This document shows positions 23,170-35,289 of a stretch of DNA of 64,000 bases, piece after piece. Source of the DNA: Mustelus asterias (taxonomy: Eukaryota); NCBI RefSeq assembly GCF_964213995.1, contig NW_027590215.1, forward strand, positions 372,001 through 436,000, given 5' to 3'. The position numbers and the translations under genes were made by a program. The notes under the pieces were generated by a model. The model saw only the letters and a program-made list of their open reading frames with translations, did no database searches and was not told where the DNA came from. Numbering within the stretch: position 1 is the stretch's first letter; each line of letters begins with the position of its first letter.

Positions 23170-26129
23170 AAGTAACACAGTGGAATAGCGGGATAAATAT
23201 GTGGGGCTACGGGGATAGGGCCTGGGTAAGATGCTCTGTTGGAGAGTCGGTGCAGACTCGATGGGCCCTGTACCCTTGTGCATTTACCCTGCTAACCCCC
23301 CCAACCTACACATCTTTGGACGCAAACAGATAATTTAACATGGCCAATCCACCTAACCTGCACATCTTTGGATTGTAGGAGGAAACTGAAGCACCCAGAG
23401 GAAACTCAGACGCAGGGAGAAGGTGCAAACTCCACACAGAAACCAAAGGCTGGATTCAAACCCGGTGCTGTTAGGCAGCAGTGCTAACCACTGTTCCACC
23501 GTGCAGCCCTTCATCTGCTGCTGAATCCCACATCCACACATTACTGCCAGACTTGACAATTTCAACACATTTCTGACTGGTCTCCCATATTCTGTAATTT
23601 TGAGATAATCCAAAATGTCCTCATGTCTTGCAGACACTTCCTCCATCTTCACAACCCACTCTTCTAATTCTGGGCCTCTGTGGAGCCCCTTTGCAATTCT
23701 TGCAGCATTGCTGGCCGTGCGGACTAATGTCTGGTTCAATCCCCATTCCAGCTGAGGTCGGTGTCGGAGCTGTCTCCTCACCCTGCCCAAGAGTGGATGG
23801 TAACGGCAGCCTACTACTGACACAAACTGCCAGGGAAACAGCTCTGGATGACACATCAGCAGACAATGAGCCAAGGAGCTGCCTATGGGATAAATTCTGC
23901 ATTACTAGCTATGTGGTGGGTCAGTGCTTATTTAGTCACTGCTATAAACAGCGGAATTTTCACTTTGTAAACCTCAGCTTGAAGGAATAAAGTGAATAAA
24001 TTGGGATATTCACTTTTACCATTATCCATCTGAAGCCAATGGACTCCTTTTTCCCCGTCCTGATGTGACACTGAATCTTCTTTGATTTGAAGAAGAAACT
24101 TAACCTTAGAGCACTGGGTGGTACAGTGGCCCAGTGGTTAGCACTGCTGCCTCACAGCACCAGGGGTTTGGATTCGATTCCCGGCTGGGTCACTGTGTGG
24201 AGTTTGCACATTTTCCACGTGTCTGTGTGGATTTGCTCCAGTTTCCTCCCACAGTTCAAAAGACAGGCTGGTTAGGTGCATTGGCCATGCTGAATTCTCC
24301 CTCAGTGTACCCGAACAGGTGCCGGAGTGTGGCAACAAAGTGATTTTCACAGTGACTTCATTACAGTGTGAATGTAAACCTAGTTGTGACACATAAATAA
24401 ACTTTACTATTGGCCTCAGTACCCGAGACCTGGCAGGATGGCAAGAATGGCCCGGGGCTCCAGTGAGGTGTACTGGAGGGGCTGGAGTGGGCAAGAGGTG
24501 ACACTGGGAGGAGCAGCAGCTGGGAGGCATATAGCGACCCCTGGTGGACAGGAGGCGAAACAGCAGCAGCACAGTCTGTGCAAAAGCTTCCCCAGTTCAG
24601 CTGGAGACTGGAGATCAGAGAGACTGGGAACCTCCTCAAATGTAAACTTCAGCTTTTCACATTCACCCCCATTCATCCCTCTCACCCTCCATCCACCTCA
24701 CACTCCCTCCCTTTCTCCATCCCTCCCTCTCACCATCCATCCCTCTCTCCCTCCTCCCATCCCTCCCTCCAATAAGAACCATTCACTGAGCACAGCAGTT
24801 TCAGCCTCATTCCCACAGTCTGTATTCCAGCCTTTATCACATCCACTCTGCTCCCAGATACTTTACACCATTAGATATTACAATTCAAACTTTATAATCT
24901 CAACAATTTACTATTTGTTCTAGAAGATGAGGGCAGCATGGTGGCACAGTGGTTAGCACTACTGCCTCACAGCGCCAGGGACCTGAGTTCAATTCCCGGC
25001 TTGGGTCACTGTCTGTGCAGAGTCTGCACATTCTCCCCGTGTCTGTGTGGGTTTCCTCCGGGTGCTCCGGTTTCCTTCCACAGTCCAAAGATGTGCTGCT
25101 TAGGTTGACTGGCCATGCAAAATTGACCTTAGTGTCAGGAGGATTAGCAGGTTAAATATGTGGAGTTACGGGGATAGGGCCTGGGTGGGATTGTGGTTGG
25201 TGCAGACTCGATGGGCTGAATGTCCTTCTTCTGCACTGTAAGATTCTACGTTTCTATGAGATCACAAAATTCAAGTTAAAAGTTAAAGTTTATTTATTAG
25301 TCACAAGTAAGGCTTACATTAACACTGCAATTAACACTGTGAAATTCCCCTTGTCACCACAGTCTGGCAACTGTTCGGGTCAATGCACCTAAACAGTGCA
25401 TTTTTCAGACCATGGGAGGAAACCAGAGCACCTGGAGGGAACCCACACAGACACGGGGAGAACATGCAGACTCTGCACAGACAGTGACCCAAGCCGGGAA
25501 TTAAATCAGGTCCCTGGCACTATGAGGCAGCAGTGCAGACAGACAGTCAAGAAATCATCAATTCCACTCCCACCCGGAGCGATGGGGATATATTTATACA
25601 TTATCTCATTTCACAATAAAACACACACACTGAGTTTCAGATTGGCTTCTGTTATTATTTTGGTGCCCAGCAGTTGGATTAGACTGAGACTGACATCAAC
25701 CCGTGTGTGCGGGTGCGTGCGTGCGCGCATGCGCGTGCGTCCCGAAAGCCCGTGATACCAAATAAACCTGTTGGATTTTAACCTGGTGTTGTGAGACTTC
25801 TAACTAGAATCATAGAATCCAACAGTGCAGAAGGAGGCCATTCGGCCCATTGAGTCTGCACCGACCACAATCCTATCCAGGCCCCACCCCCTTAATGCCA
25901 TGCATTTACCCTAGCTAATTCCCCCTGAAACTAAGGGGCAATTTAGTATGGCCAATCCACATAACCCGCCCATCTTTGGACTGTGGGAGGAAACTGGAGC
26001 ACCCAGAGGAAACACATGCAGACACGGGGAGAATGTGCAAACTCAACACAGACAGTGACCCAAAACTTGAATCGAACCCGGGTCCCTGGCGCTGTGAGGC
26101 AGCAGTGCTAACCACTATGCCACAGTGCA
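23170..26129. mobile_element. Cluster of HE1-type SINEs (23270-23507 -, 24117-24403 +, 24931-25258 +, 25280-25535 -, 25806-26129 -)
   Basis: SINE consensus motifs on both strands, with unique sequence between copies. Confidence 0.8.
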
Positions 26130-26131
26130 GT

Positions 26132-26352
26132 AATCCAGGAGAACTGGATTAATTGTTGGATTACACAGTGATATGTTACAGAGCAGAAATCCAGGGGAAC
26201 TGGATTAATTGTTGGATTACACAGTGATATGTTACAGAGTAGAAATCCAGGAGAACTGGATTAATTGTTGGATTACACAGTGATATGTTACAGAGTAGAA
26301 ATCCAGGAGAACTGGATTAATTGTTGGATTACACAGTGATACGTTACAGAGT
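26132..26352 (+). repeat. 56-bp minisatellite, 4 units
   Basis: AATCCAGGAGAACTGGATTAATTGTTGGATTACACAGTGATATGTTACAGAGTAGA; CACAGTG at 26164, 26220, 26276, 26332. Confidence 0.95.
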
Positions 26353-26883
26353 CTTAAAATCTGAAATAAAACAGTCAATGCCACAAATAGTCAACAGGCC
26401 CAGCAGCTTCTATGAAGGCAGAAACAGAGTGAAACATACAGCCAAACATCCATATGAATGAGGAGCAGCAGTGGACCATTGGGCCCCTCTGCTGCAGCAT
26501 TTGACAAGATCCCGACTGATCTGATTGTGGCCAGAACTCCATTTTTCTGTCTCCGCCCTCCCCCCCCGTCCCCTCTCCCCTCCCCCCACCCCCAAATCCT
26601 CTGACTCTCTTGTCAATCAGGAATCCATTTATTCAGTCTTAAAAATATTCAATGACTCTGTCTACACTGCTCTCTGGCGAAGAGAATTCCACAGACCAAA
26701 GACCCCCTGAGAGAGAGAGAAAAATCTCGTTCTCTCTGTCCCTAACGTCTCAAGCGCTCCCCAGAGCCACACAGGGAAAATCAGGATAAAAGCAAATTAC
26801 AGTGAATGCTGGAATCTGAAACCAAAAGAGAAAATGCTGGAAAATCTCAGCAGGTCTGGCAGCATCTGTCAGGAGAGAAAAGT

Positions 26884-26921
26884 GCTGACGTTTCGAGTCC
26901 AGATGACCCTTTGTCAAAGAC
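26884..26921 (-). ncRNA. Minimal hammerhead-like motif with U3-A8 core (PLE family 2)
   Basis: Minus strand TTGACAA-A-GGGTC-ATCTG-GACTC-GAAA-CG-TC-AGC. Confidence 0.5.
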
Positions 26922-29529
26922 TGACCTCTGAAGAATTGAGAGAGGGAGGTGGAGAAGAACAAAATGTAAGATCCGCAAACTGACAAAATGATTCACGGCC
27001 CAAGACCAAAGCGAGTGGTAATGGGACAAGTAAAGACACAAAAGATGTTCTGGATGAGGTGTGAATAGCTGGTGAGCAATAGTCTGAATGTAAAGTAAAC
27101 AAGAAGGAAATGAGGTGAAAAAAGCAACAACGAAACACAGATCACAATGCGGGCAGAGATTGTGGTGTAAAATTGTTGAGCTCAGTTTTGTTCTGAAGGC
27201 TGTAAAGTGTCTCTTTCAGTTGCGAGAAATAATATTATATTTCCCAGTTCCGATGACAGGTCACATTCAGTCTGTTTCTCTCTCCACAGAGGCTGCCTGA
27301 CTTGTTGAGTATTTCCAGCCAAAAGAGAAAACGCTGGAAAATCTCAGCAGGTCTGGCAGCATCTGTAAGGAGACAAAAAGAGCTGACGTTTCGAGTCCAG
27401 GTGACCCTTTTGACGAAAGCAACAACTTGCTTTCATTCATGAGTATTTCCAGCGTTTTCCGTTTTATGTCAAGCAGAGAATGTGTAAGAATTGTCACATC
27501 TGGAACAGATGTCTCTTACACAGGACACCCCAGCTCGGGTCTTGGGGGATTAACCGGAGAAGCTTTTTAAACTGAGGAGAGTAACTGCATTTGGGCGCTG
27601 ACTTTAAACAACATTAACAAGCCCGGGCTGCTGGAGAAACATTTGGGGATTTGTGAGCAGTCAGTTCCGGCTGGTTTGAAGTGAAATCCTGTCGGTGCTG
27701 CGGCAAATCTGAACTCAAACCAGACAAACTGGAACCGCTGGGTTAGAGATTCCGGGTGTTGGGATGTGGAGGCTGGGGGAGGGGGAGATGGCGGTAAAAC
27801 TCTGAGCCTGACTTCAGACAGGGTGAGCGGGGTACAGGGGAGGAATGACAGAGTTAATGTGGGAGTCAGGGACAATAGCAGAAGGTGGGAAGCTCTGGAA
27901 AGGAGCATTGAGGATAAAGGCCACCAAAGAATGCTTGTTTAAATGAAGATAAAAGCAAAATACTGCAGACGCTGGAATCTGAAACAGAAACAGAAAATGC
28001 TGGAAATCTCAGCGTCTGTGGAGAGAATAGAGTTAATGCTTCCAGTCTGGATGATCACAGATGCTGTCAGACCTGCTGAGGTTTTCCAGCACTTTCTGTT
28101 TTTGATTAACTGAAGGTTCAGCTCAGCAGGGAAAGAAGCACCGAACTGAACACACTGAACCCAGGGAGAGGGGGTGACCGAGGATAAGGGACAGGCGCAG
28201 CTCAGTGAGGCTCTGCAACGTCCATCAACACATCCACATTCAGACCTTAGAGCGCCAAGGGGGAGGGGAAGAAGAAACTATTTGGGACACAGCAGGAGGT
28301 CACCCCTCCCCCCACTCTGGGGTTCCACATCCCTCCCACACCTGGGCAAGGTTGGCTCAAGGTGCAGGAAGCTGCAAGCTGAGAGGCTGAGCTGTGAACT
28401 GGGCCGGGTTGGGGGTTTGAGTGACAGTCCTGGGGCTATTTCAGGACAGGAACTGCCACAGATTCCCTCTTTTTCCTGGGACGTTTCAGTGGAGCTGTGT
28501 TGGTGAGTGTTTGTAATCTCTGTCTCACTGTCTCGGTAATGGGGGTGGGTTGTAGATTGCTGTGAGTGTTAGACTAAATAACCTCTCCTCATGCTGCCAG
28601 TTCCAGTCTGCAGATTCCATTTCTCAGTCCAGTCTGCTGCTCTGTCTCTGTGTACTTTGCTGCAGTGCTCCACATTCTGAGCAACATCCAGCCCATTGTT
28701 ATCACCCCAAATTTGCGGCAAACTCTCTTCACTGTGGCACAGTGGTTCACACTGCTGCCTCACTGAGTCAGGGTTCGACTCCAGCCGTGGGTGTGTGACT
28801 GTCTGTGTGGAGTTTGCACAGTAAGGGTACAGAATATATTGTTGCGGTTGCAGGCAGGATGAAGAAAAAGGTCAGGATGGGGATTAGCAGAGTAAGTGCG
28901 TGGGGTTACTGGGATAGGAGGTGAGCCTGGGAAAGATGCACTCAGAGTCAGCAGAGACTCGATGGGTAAAATGGCCTCTTTCTGCACTGGAAGGATTCTA
29001 TGATTAGTGAATTACGGTGAACAACTTTTGAATGGAGGGATTTCTGAGGCGCAGAGCATTGTGGGAAATGTGACCGCCATTAGTCAATCCCTGACTCTAG
29101 ATGTTTCATTATAGACTGAGGGCAAGTCAGCAAACTGAGCCCTCAATTCTGTTTGTGACTCTGACAGGTTGCCTGGCCTGTTGAATATCTCGAGGATTTG
29201 TTCTTTTTGTCCCAGATACAGTCTCTACAGAGTTTCCTGTGTTATTGTTTTATAGCTTCGAATTTGGAAACACAGTTAGGAGCCGGTTTGAATCAGGCTG
29301 CGTTTTGGATGCAGAACTCAGTTCCTGGCCTCCTGCGTGTTTTTTTTTACTGTTGCTTCGGTCTGGACTCTGTTCATCATCTGTCTCTATAGGTTCTCTC
29401 TCAATCCCCTTTTTTCTGTTTTAAATCAGTTTCACAGGGACTAGAAGGGGACGATTTGCAGTCAGGAAACTGAAAGTAAATATCATATCAGGAACTGCCA
29501 TCATAACTGAATATCAGTGGATTTTGAAC

Positions 29530-30483
29530 ATGGAAGGAAAAAGCACCGTTCACAGTGGAGAGAAACCGTACACGGGTTCTGTGTGTGGACGAGGCTTCAG
29601 CCGATCCTCTGGTCTGGCAAAACATAAGTGCAGCCACTCCATGGAAAAACTGTGGAAATGTGTGGACTGTGGGAAGGAATTTAATTACCCATCCCAGCTG
29701 GAAACTCATCGGCGCAGTCACACTGGGGAGAGACCGTTCACCTGCTCTGAGTGTGGGAAGAGATTCACTCAGTCATCCAACCTACTTACTCATCAGCGAG
29801 TTCACACTGATGAGAGACCTTTTAAATGCTCAGACTGTGGGAAGTGCTTCAAAAGTTCTTGGGAACTGATGTCCCATCAACGTGTTCACACTGATGAGAG
29901 ACCTTTTAAATGCTCAGACTGTGGGAAGTGCTTCAAAAGTTCTTGGGGACTGATGTCCCATCAACGTGTTCACACTGATGAGAGACCGTTCAGGTGCTCT
30001 CACTGTGGAATTGGGTTCCAGCATTCACATAACCTTACTGTACACCAGCGAATTCACACTGGGGAGAGGCCATTCACCTGCTCCGAGTGTGGAAAAGGAT
30101 TCACTCGGTCATCCCAACTATTGATACACCAGCGTATTCACAATGGGGAGAGACCTTTTAAATGCTCTGACTGTGTGAAGTGCTATAAAAGTTCTGGTGA
30201 ACTGATGTCCCATCAACGTGTTCACACTGATGAGAGACCGTTCAGGTGCTCTCACTGTGGGACTGGGTTCAGGCGATCATATGATCTCATTCTACACCAG
30301 CGCACCCACACTGGGGAAAGGCCATTCACCTGCTCTGAATATGGGAAGGGATTCATTCAGTCCTCCAGTCTGCTGAGACACAAGCGAGCTCATGCTGGGG
30401 AGAGACCATTCAGCTGCTCTGAGAGTGGGAAGAGATTCACTCAGTCATCCTACCTGCTTAGACACCAAAGAATTCACCAGTAA
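29530..30483 (+). CDS. C2H2 zinc-finger protein, 8 intact plus 3 degenerate fingers
   Basis: [13 protein letters not shown] start; first and last two fingers have lost a Cys. Confidence 0.85.
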   Translation: MEGKSTVHSGEKPYTGSVCGRGFSRSSGLAKHKCSHSMEKLWKCVDCGKEFNYPSQLETHRRSHTGERPFTCSECGKRFTQSSNLLTHQRVHTDERPFKCSDCGKCFKSSWELMSHQRVHTDERPFKCSDCGKCFKSSWGLMSHQRVHTDERPFRCSHCGIGFQHSHNLTVHQRIHTGERPFTCSECGKGFTRSSQLLIHQRIHNGERPFKCSDCVKCYKSSGELMSHQRVHTDERPFRCSHCGTGFRRSYDLILHQRTHTGERPFTCSEYGKGFIQSSSLLRHKRAHAGERPFSCSESGKRFTQSSYLLRHQRIHQ

Positions 30484-30779
30484 CCACAGTGATTGGAATC
30501 TGCTGTTAATCCTATCCAGGACTGTAATATGTTCATTGCGTTTGTTTTTGTTGATGTTAATGAACTCCAGCCAGTTATACGGTTTAATATTCTGAATAAA
30601 AGTCAAATCAATTATCTTTGTGTTCAGTACTGTGAATCTTTTTAATATCATCAGCACAACTGAATTCCTTCTGAGTTGCTCTCCCTTTGTCCCTCTCCCA
30701 TCTTTACCTCCCCCGCAAGTGCTCATTGGGAATAAAACTCACAATCTTCTTTGTCACTAAGTTTGAGACAATCCAATCA

Positions 30780-31140
30780 GCTGCCTCTACTGCTTCCCTC
30801 CTTCCCCTAACCCACTGGAACAAACCTCCTCTAACGCTGCCCTTTATCTGAGCTCTGAACTCTCATCTTTCTGCAGTTTCTCTCCTGCCTCCCCTCATGT
30901 CCTCTTAGCGCTCATCTTGCCCATGAGACCCATCTCTTGATCCCTCAATCCTTTTCCCACTGTACTACTGACAGCACAACTTCTCCATATCAGCTGATAT
31001 TGTCAATATCTTCCTCTCCTTCAAATCCGATATCATCACCCACTTCTCAATAAAATATCTTTGACACATGCCCTTGTAAACTACCATCCCATCTCCCTTT
31101 CCTCTCTAAAGTCCTTGAATGTTTTACCTTCCACATATTG
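30780..31140 (+). mobile_element. Old L2-like LINE RT fragment
   Basis: Decayed AAACTACCATCCCATCTC...TTCCTCTCTAAAGTCCTTGAA (NYxPIS..FLSKVLE). Confidence 0.5.
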
Positions 31141-31891
31141 TAACTTGTTTTCCCTTTCTCACTGTGTGTAGTAAAGTTTAATTTGTTTGTGCAGAATCTG
31201 TGGAATCTTTTGCCTTTATTCACTTGTTAAGTGTTTGAATCTCCACCTTTGTCAATTTTATACAAACTCACCCAAATCTAAAAACTATTTTGTGGGAATT
31301 GGGGGAATAGAACAGAAGATGGGTTTCTGCTGCTAAGTTACAATCTCAGCTGATGTTACTTCTGGGCAGGAAGGTCCCAGAATAAAACCCTGGCTCAATT
31401 GACCGTAACTTTCCCCACGATCCCCACCTTCTTGGTGCGTTTGGCCATCTTCCCGGATGGAGCAGAGAGGGCGGACATGAAAATACTGACAATAACACAA
31501 GATTCCTTCATTCCACACAATCACAGTGGCGAAGTGAGGTAAATGGCCTCTGCCTGGGAGATCACTGAATCCTCAGGCTACTGAAGGGTAATTTTCAAAC
31601 ATAGAAACGTTGGAGGATTGTGCTGCTGGATTTTTCTTGTTCCTATTTTTTTCATATTAACGCAGACGAATCTATTTAGAGAATTGAAACTTGCCTCAGA
31701 AATAGCAACAGGCGAACTCGAAGACAAACACATTCACAGAAATGCACTCTCAGACAGACACAGGCAAACTCGCACACACAGACATGCAGACAAAAAAACA
31801 CTCTGACTTCACAAATACACACACACTCACAACACAGAGACAGGCTGAGACCAATTTCAGTCCAAATAATCTGCTGGGCACTAAAATAATG

Positions 31892-33151
31892 TGAGAAGTC
31901 TCACAACACCAGGTTAAATTCCAACAGGTTTATTTGGTAGCACAAGCTACTAGCTTTCGGAGCGCTGCTCCTTCATCAGGTGACTGGGAGTTCTGTTCAC
32001 AAACAGGGCATATAAAGACACAAACTCAATTTACAAAATAATTTACATAATTTACATAATCCTGTTCATAAGAGCAGGATATGGTGCTCGACTCAACGAT
32101 CGACAGTTCTGACGCGCCACAGCGAAAAACCGCACCCACCTCCTCAGAAGACAAACACGGGACATTGTGGAAAGAGTACCCTTCATCGTCCAGTACTTCT
32201 CTGGAGCAGAGAAGCTACGACATCGTATCCGGAGCCTTCAACATGTCATTGATGAAGACGAACATCTCGCCAAGGCCATCCGCACACCCTCATTTCTTGC
32301 CTTCAAACAACCGCACAATCTCAAACAGACCATTGTCCGCAGCAAACTACCCAGCCTTCAGGAGAACAGTGACCACGACACCACACAACCCTGCCACAGC
32401 AACCTCTGCACAACGTGCCGGATCATCGACACGGATGCCATCATCTCACGTGAGAACACCATCCACCAGGTGCACGATACATACACTTGCAACTCGGCCA
32501 ATGTTGTCTACCTGATACGCTGCAGGGAAGGATGTCCCGAGGCATGGTACATTGGGGAAACCATGCAGACGCTACAACAATGGATGAATGAACACCGCTT
32601 GACAATCACCAGGCAAGAGTTTTCTGTTCCTGTTGGGGAGCACTTCAGCGGTCACGGGCATTCGGCCTCTGATCTTTGGGTAAGCGTTCTCCAAGGTGGC
32701 CTTCAAGACACACGGCAGTGCAGAGTCGCTGAGCAGAGACTGATAGCCAAGTTCCGCACACATGAGGATGGCCTCAACTGGGATCTTGGGTTCATGTCAC
32801 ACTATCCGTGACCCCCACGACTTGCCTGGGCTTGTAAAATCTCGCTAACTGTCCTGGCTGGAGACAATACACATCTCTTTAACCTGTGCTTAACCCTCTC
32901 TCCACTCACATTGTCTGTACCTTTAAGACTTGATTACCTGTAAAGACTCGCATTCCAACCATTATTTTGTAAATTGAGTTTGTGTCTTTATATGCCCTCT
33001 TTGTGAACAGAACTCCCACTCACCTGATGAAGGGGCAGTGCTCCGAAAGCAAATGGCTTTTGCTACCAAATAAACCTGTTGGACTTTAACCTGGTGTTGT
33101 GAGACTTCTTACTGTGTTTACCCCAGTCCAACACCGGCATCTCCACATCAT
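31892..33151 (+). mobile_element. 5'-truncated Penelope-like element: inverted pLTR, GIY-YIG endonuclease C-terminus, 3' pLTR; 13-bp TSD
   Basis: ORF 32167..32811 has NVVYLIRC...WYIGET; CACTAAAATAATG at 31879-31891 and 33152-33164; inverted pLTR 31892-32040 with intact hammerhead core on - (31946-31985). Confidence 0.92.
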
Positions 33152-33589
33152 CACTAAAATAATGACAGAAGCAAATTTGAAACTCAGTGCGTGGGTTTTA
33201 TTGTGAAATGAGAAAATGTATAAATATATCCTCTCGCTCGGGTTGGTTTGGAATTGATGATTTCTCTGCTGTCTATAAGGTTACTGAACAAATATTAAAT
33301 TGTAGAGACTGTGAAGTTTGAATTGTAATATCTATTGGTCTAAAATATCTGGGAGCAGCGTGGATGTGATGAAGGCTGGAATACAGACTGGGGGAATGAG
33401 GGTGAAACTGCTGTGCAGAGTGAATGGTTCTTGGTGTCGGGAAGGATGGATGGAGAGAGGGAGGGATGGTGAGATGGATGGAAGGAGGGGTGGATGGAGG
33501 GAGAGGGATGGATGGAGAGAGGGAGGGATGGTGAGATGGATGGAGGAAGGGATGGATAGGTAAATGTGAGAAGCTGAAGTTTACATTTG

Positions 33590-33840
33590 AAGAGGTTCTC
33601 AGAGTCTTTGAGCAGCTGAACTGCGGAAGCCTTCGTGCAGAGACTGTGCTGCTGCTGTTTCCCCTCCAGTCCACCAGGGTTCGCTGTAACCCTCTCGGCT
33701 GCTGCTCTCGCTGGTGTCACCTCTTGCCCGCTCCGGCCCGGCCGCTGTTCCTTGGCGGATGGGAGATCGGAGAGGAATTGGAGAAAGAGGTGGAACAGTA
33801 GGGCGCATGCGTAGCCGCCATGTTTGTGAGGGGCAATGTT
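33590..33840. promoter_or_regulatory. CpG-rich promoter (NRF1, YY1) upstream of the ZNF at 34588, with a divergent non-coding exon-like segment
   Basis: GCGCATGCG at 33803-33811, GCCGCCATGTT at 33814-33824; left part is an inverted paralog of 24430-24640. Confidence 0.6.
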
Positions 33841-34587
33841 TTGAAATTCTTCCCAGTGACAGAATTTGAACATCTTGTCCATCAAACTGCTTCACTCTTT
33901 CACTTCCAATTTCTTACTGATGAGCAGAACAACAAAATCAGGGCAGCGAAGATAATTTGTATTCATACTGTGTCTTTAACAAAATAAAATAGTCCCAGAC
34001 ATTTCACAAAATTGTTCCAGTTCTTTGAAAAAGGGTAGCACAGTGGTTAGCACTGCTGCCTCACAGTTCCAGTGACCCAGGTTCAACTCGAGCCTCGGGT
34101 GACTGTGTCTCCCCGTGTCTGTGAGGGTTTTCATCTGGGTGCTCCTGTTTCCTCTCACAGTCCAATGACGTACAGGCTTGGTGGATTGGCCATGATAAAT
34201 TGCCCCTTAGTGCCCCAAGATGTGTAGGTTCGGGGAAGTAACAGGATATGTGGGGCTCCGGGGATAGGACCTGGGTGCAGAGTCCAGATAAGTTGGCAGG
34301 TTTCTTTCCCTGAAGGACCATGAGTGAATCAATTGAATCCAGCAGTTTTCATGGTCACTTTTTCCTGGTGCCGGCCCCACAAATGACCAGATTCATTCAG
34401 CTCAATTTCACAACCTGTCTTTGTGCTTTTGTGGGTTCTCTCTCACTCCCTTTTTTCTGTTTTAAATCAATTTCACAGGATTTTAGAAGGGGACGATTTG
34501 CAGTTGGGAAACTGAAACCAAACATCACATCAGGGAATGATACAGTCGGCTAATTTATCGTAACCTGAATATTGTCATATTTTAAAC

Positions 34588-35289
34588 ATGGAAGAAAAAA
34601 GCACCGTTCACAGCGGAGAGAAACCCTACTCGTGTTCTGTGTGTGGTCAGGGATTCAATCGATCATCTGACCTGTCAAAACATAAATGCAGTTATGATGG
34701 GGACAAGCTGTGGAAATGTGAGGACTGTGGGAAGGGATTCAATTACCCATCCCAGCTGGAAACTCATCAGCGTGGTCACACCAGGGAGAGGCCGTTCACC
34801 TGCTCGGACTGCGGGAAAGGATTCATTAAGTCATCCACCCTGCTGACACACCAGCGCACACACACTGGGCAGAGGCCATTCACCTGCTCTATGTGTGGGA
34901 TGGGATTCACTCAGTCACCCACGCTGCTAACACACCAGCAAATTCACACTGGGGAGAGGCCATTCACCTGCTCTGACTGTGGGCAGGGATTCACTCACCA
35001 ATCCACCCTGCTGACACACCAGCGAGTTCACACTGGACAGAGACCATTCACTTGCTCTAGGTGTGGGAAGAGATTCACTCAATCATCAGCACTGCTCAGA
35101 CACCAGCGAGTTCACACTGGGGAGAGACTGTTCATCTGCAATGATTGTGGGAAGAGATTCACTCAGTCATCCAACCTGCTGACACACCAGCGAGTTCACA
35201 CTGGGAAGAAACCATTCACGTGTTCTGAGTGTGGGATGGGATTTACTCAGACATCCAACCTGCTGAGACACCAGCAAATTCACAATTAA
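34588..35289 (+). CDS. C2H2 zinc-finger protein, 7 intact fingers plus one atypical
   Basis: [14 protein letters not shown] start, TGERPF/TGQRPF linkers, acceptor TTTCACAG near 34478. Confidence 0.87.
   Translation: MEEKSTVHSGEKPYSCSVCGQGFNRSSDLSKHKCSYDGDKLWKCEDCGKGFNYPSQLETHQRGHTRERPFTCSDCGKGFIKSSTLLTHQRTHTGQRPFTCSMCGMGFTQSPTLLTHQQIHTGERPFTCSDCGQGFTHQSTLLTHQRVHTGQRPFTCSRCGKRFTQSSALLRHQRVHTGERLFICNDCGKRFTQSSNLLTHQRVHTGKKPFTCSECGMGFTQTSNLLRHQQIHN

Larger units (their letters stand above)
26353..30685 (+). repeat. Segmental duplication arm, inverted relative to 37865-44520
   Basis: Paired ORFs 27567..27908(-)/42746..43087(+), 28205..28390(+)/42253..42438(-), and ZNFs 29530(+)/38766(-). Confidence 0.9.

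Noticed and set aside
24660-24770. Pro/Ser-rich ORFs over (CCAT/CCCT)n tracts, also at 33440-33560
   Set aside because: Low-complexity simple repeats that lack stops by composition.
26132-26352. CRISPR-like or D-segment array
   Set aside because: Eukaryotic context, no unique spacers, and no inverted 5' RSS bracketing a coding core.
27567-27908. 113-aa ORF shared with 42746..43087
   Set aside because: Non-ATG start and no domain; identity is at nucleotide level with no synonymous changes, so it gives no evidence of coding.
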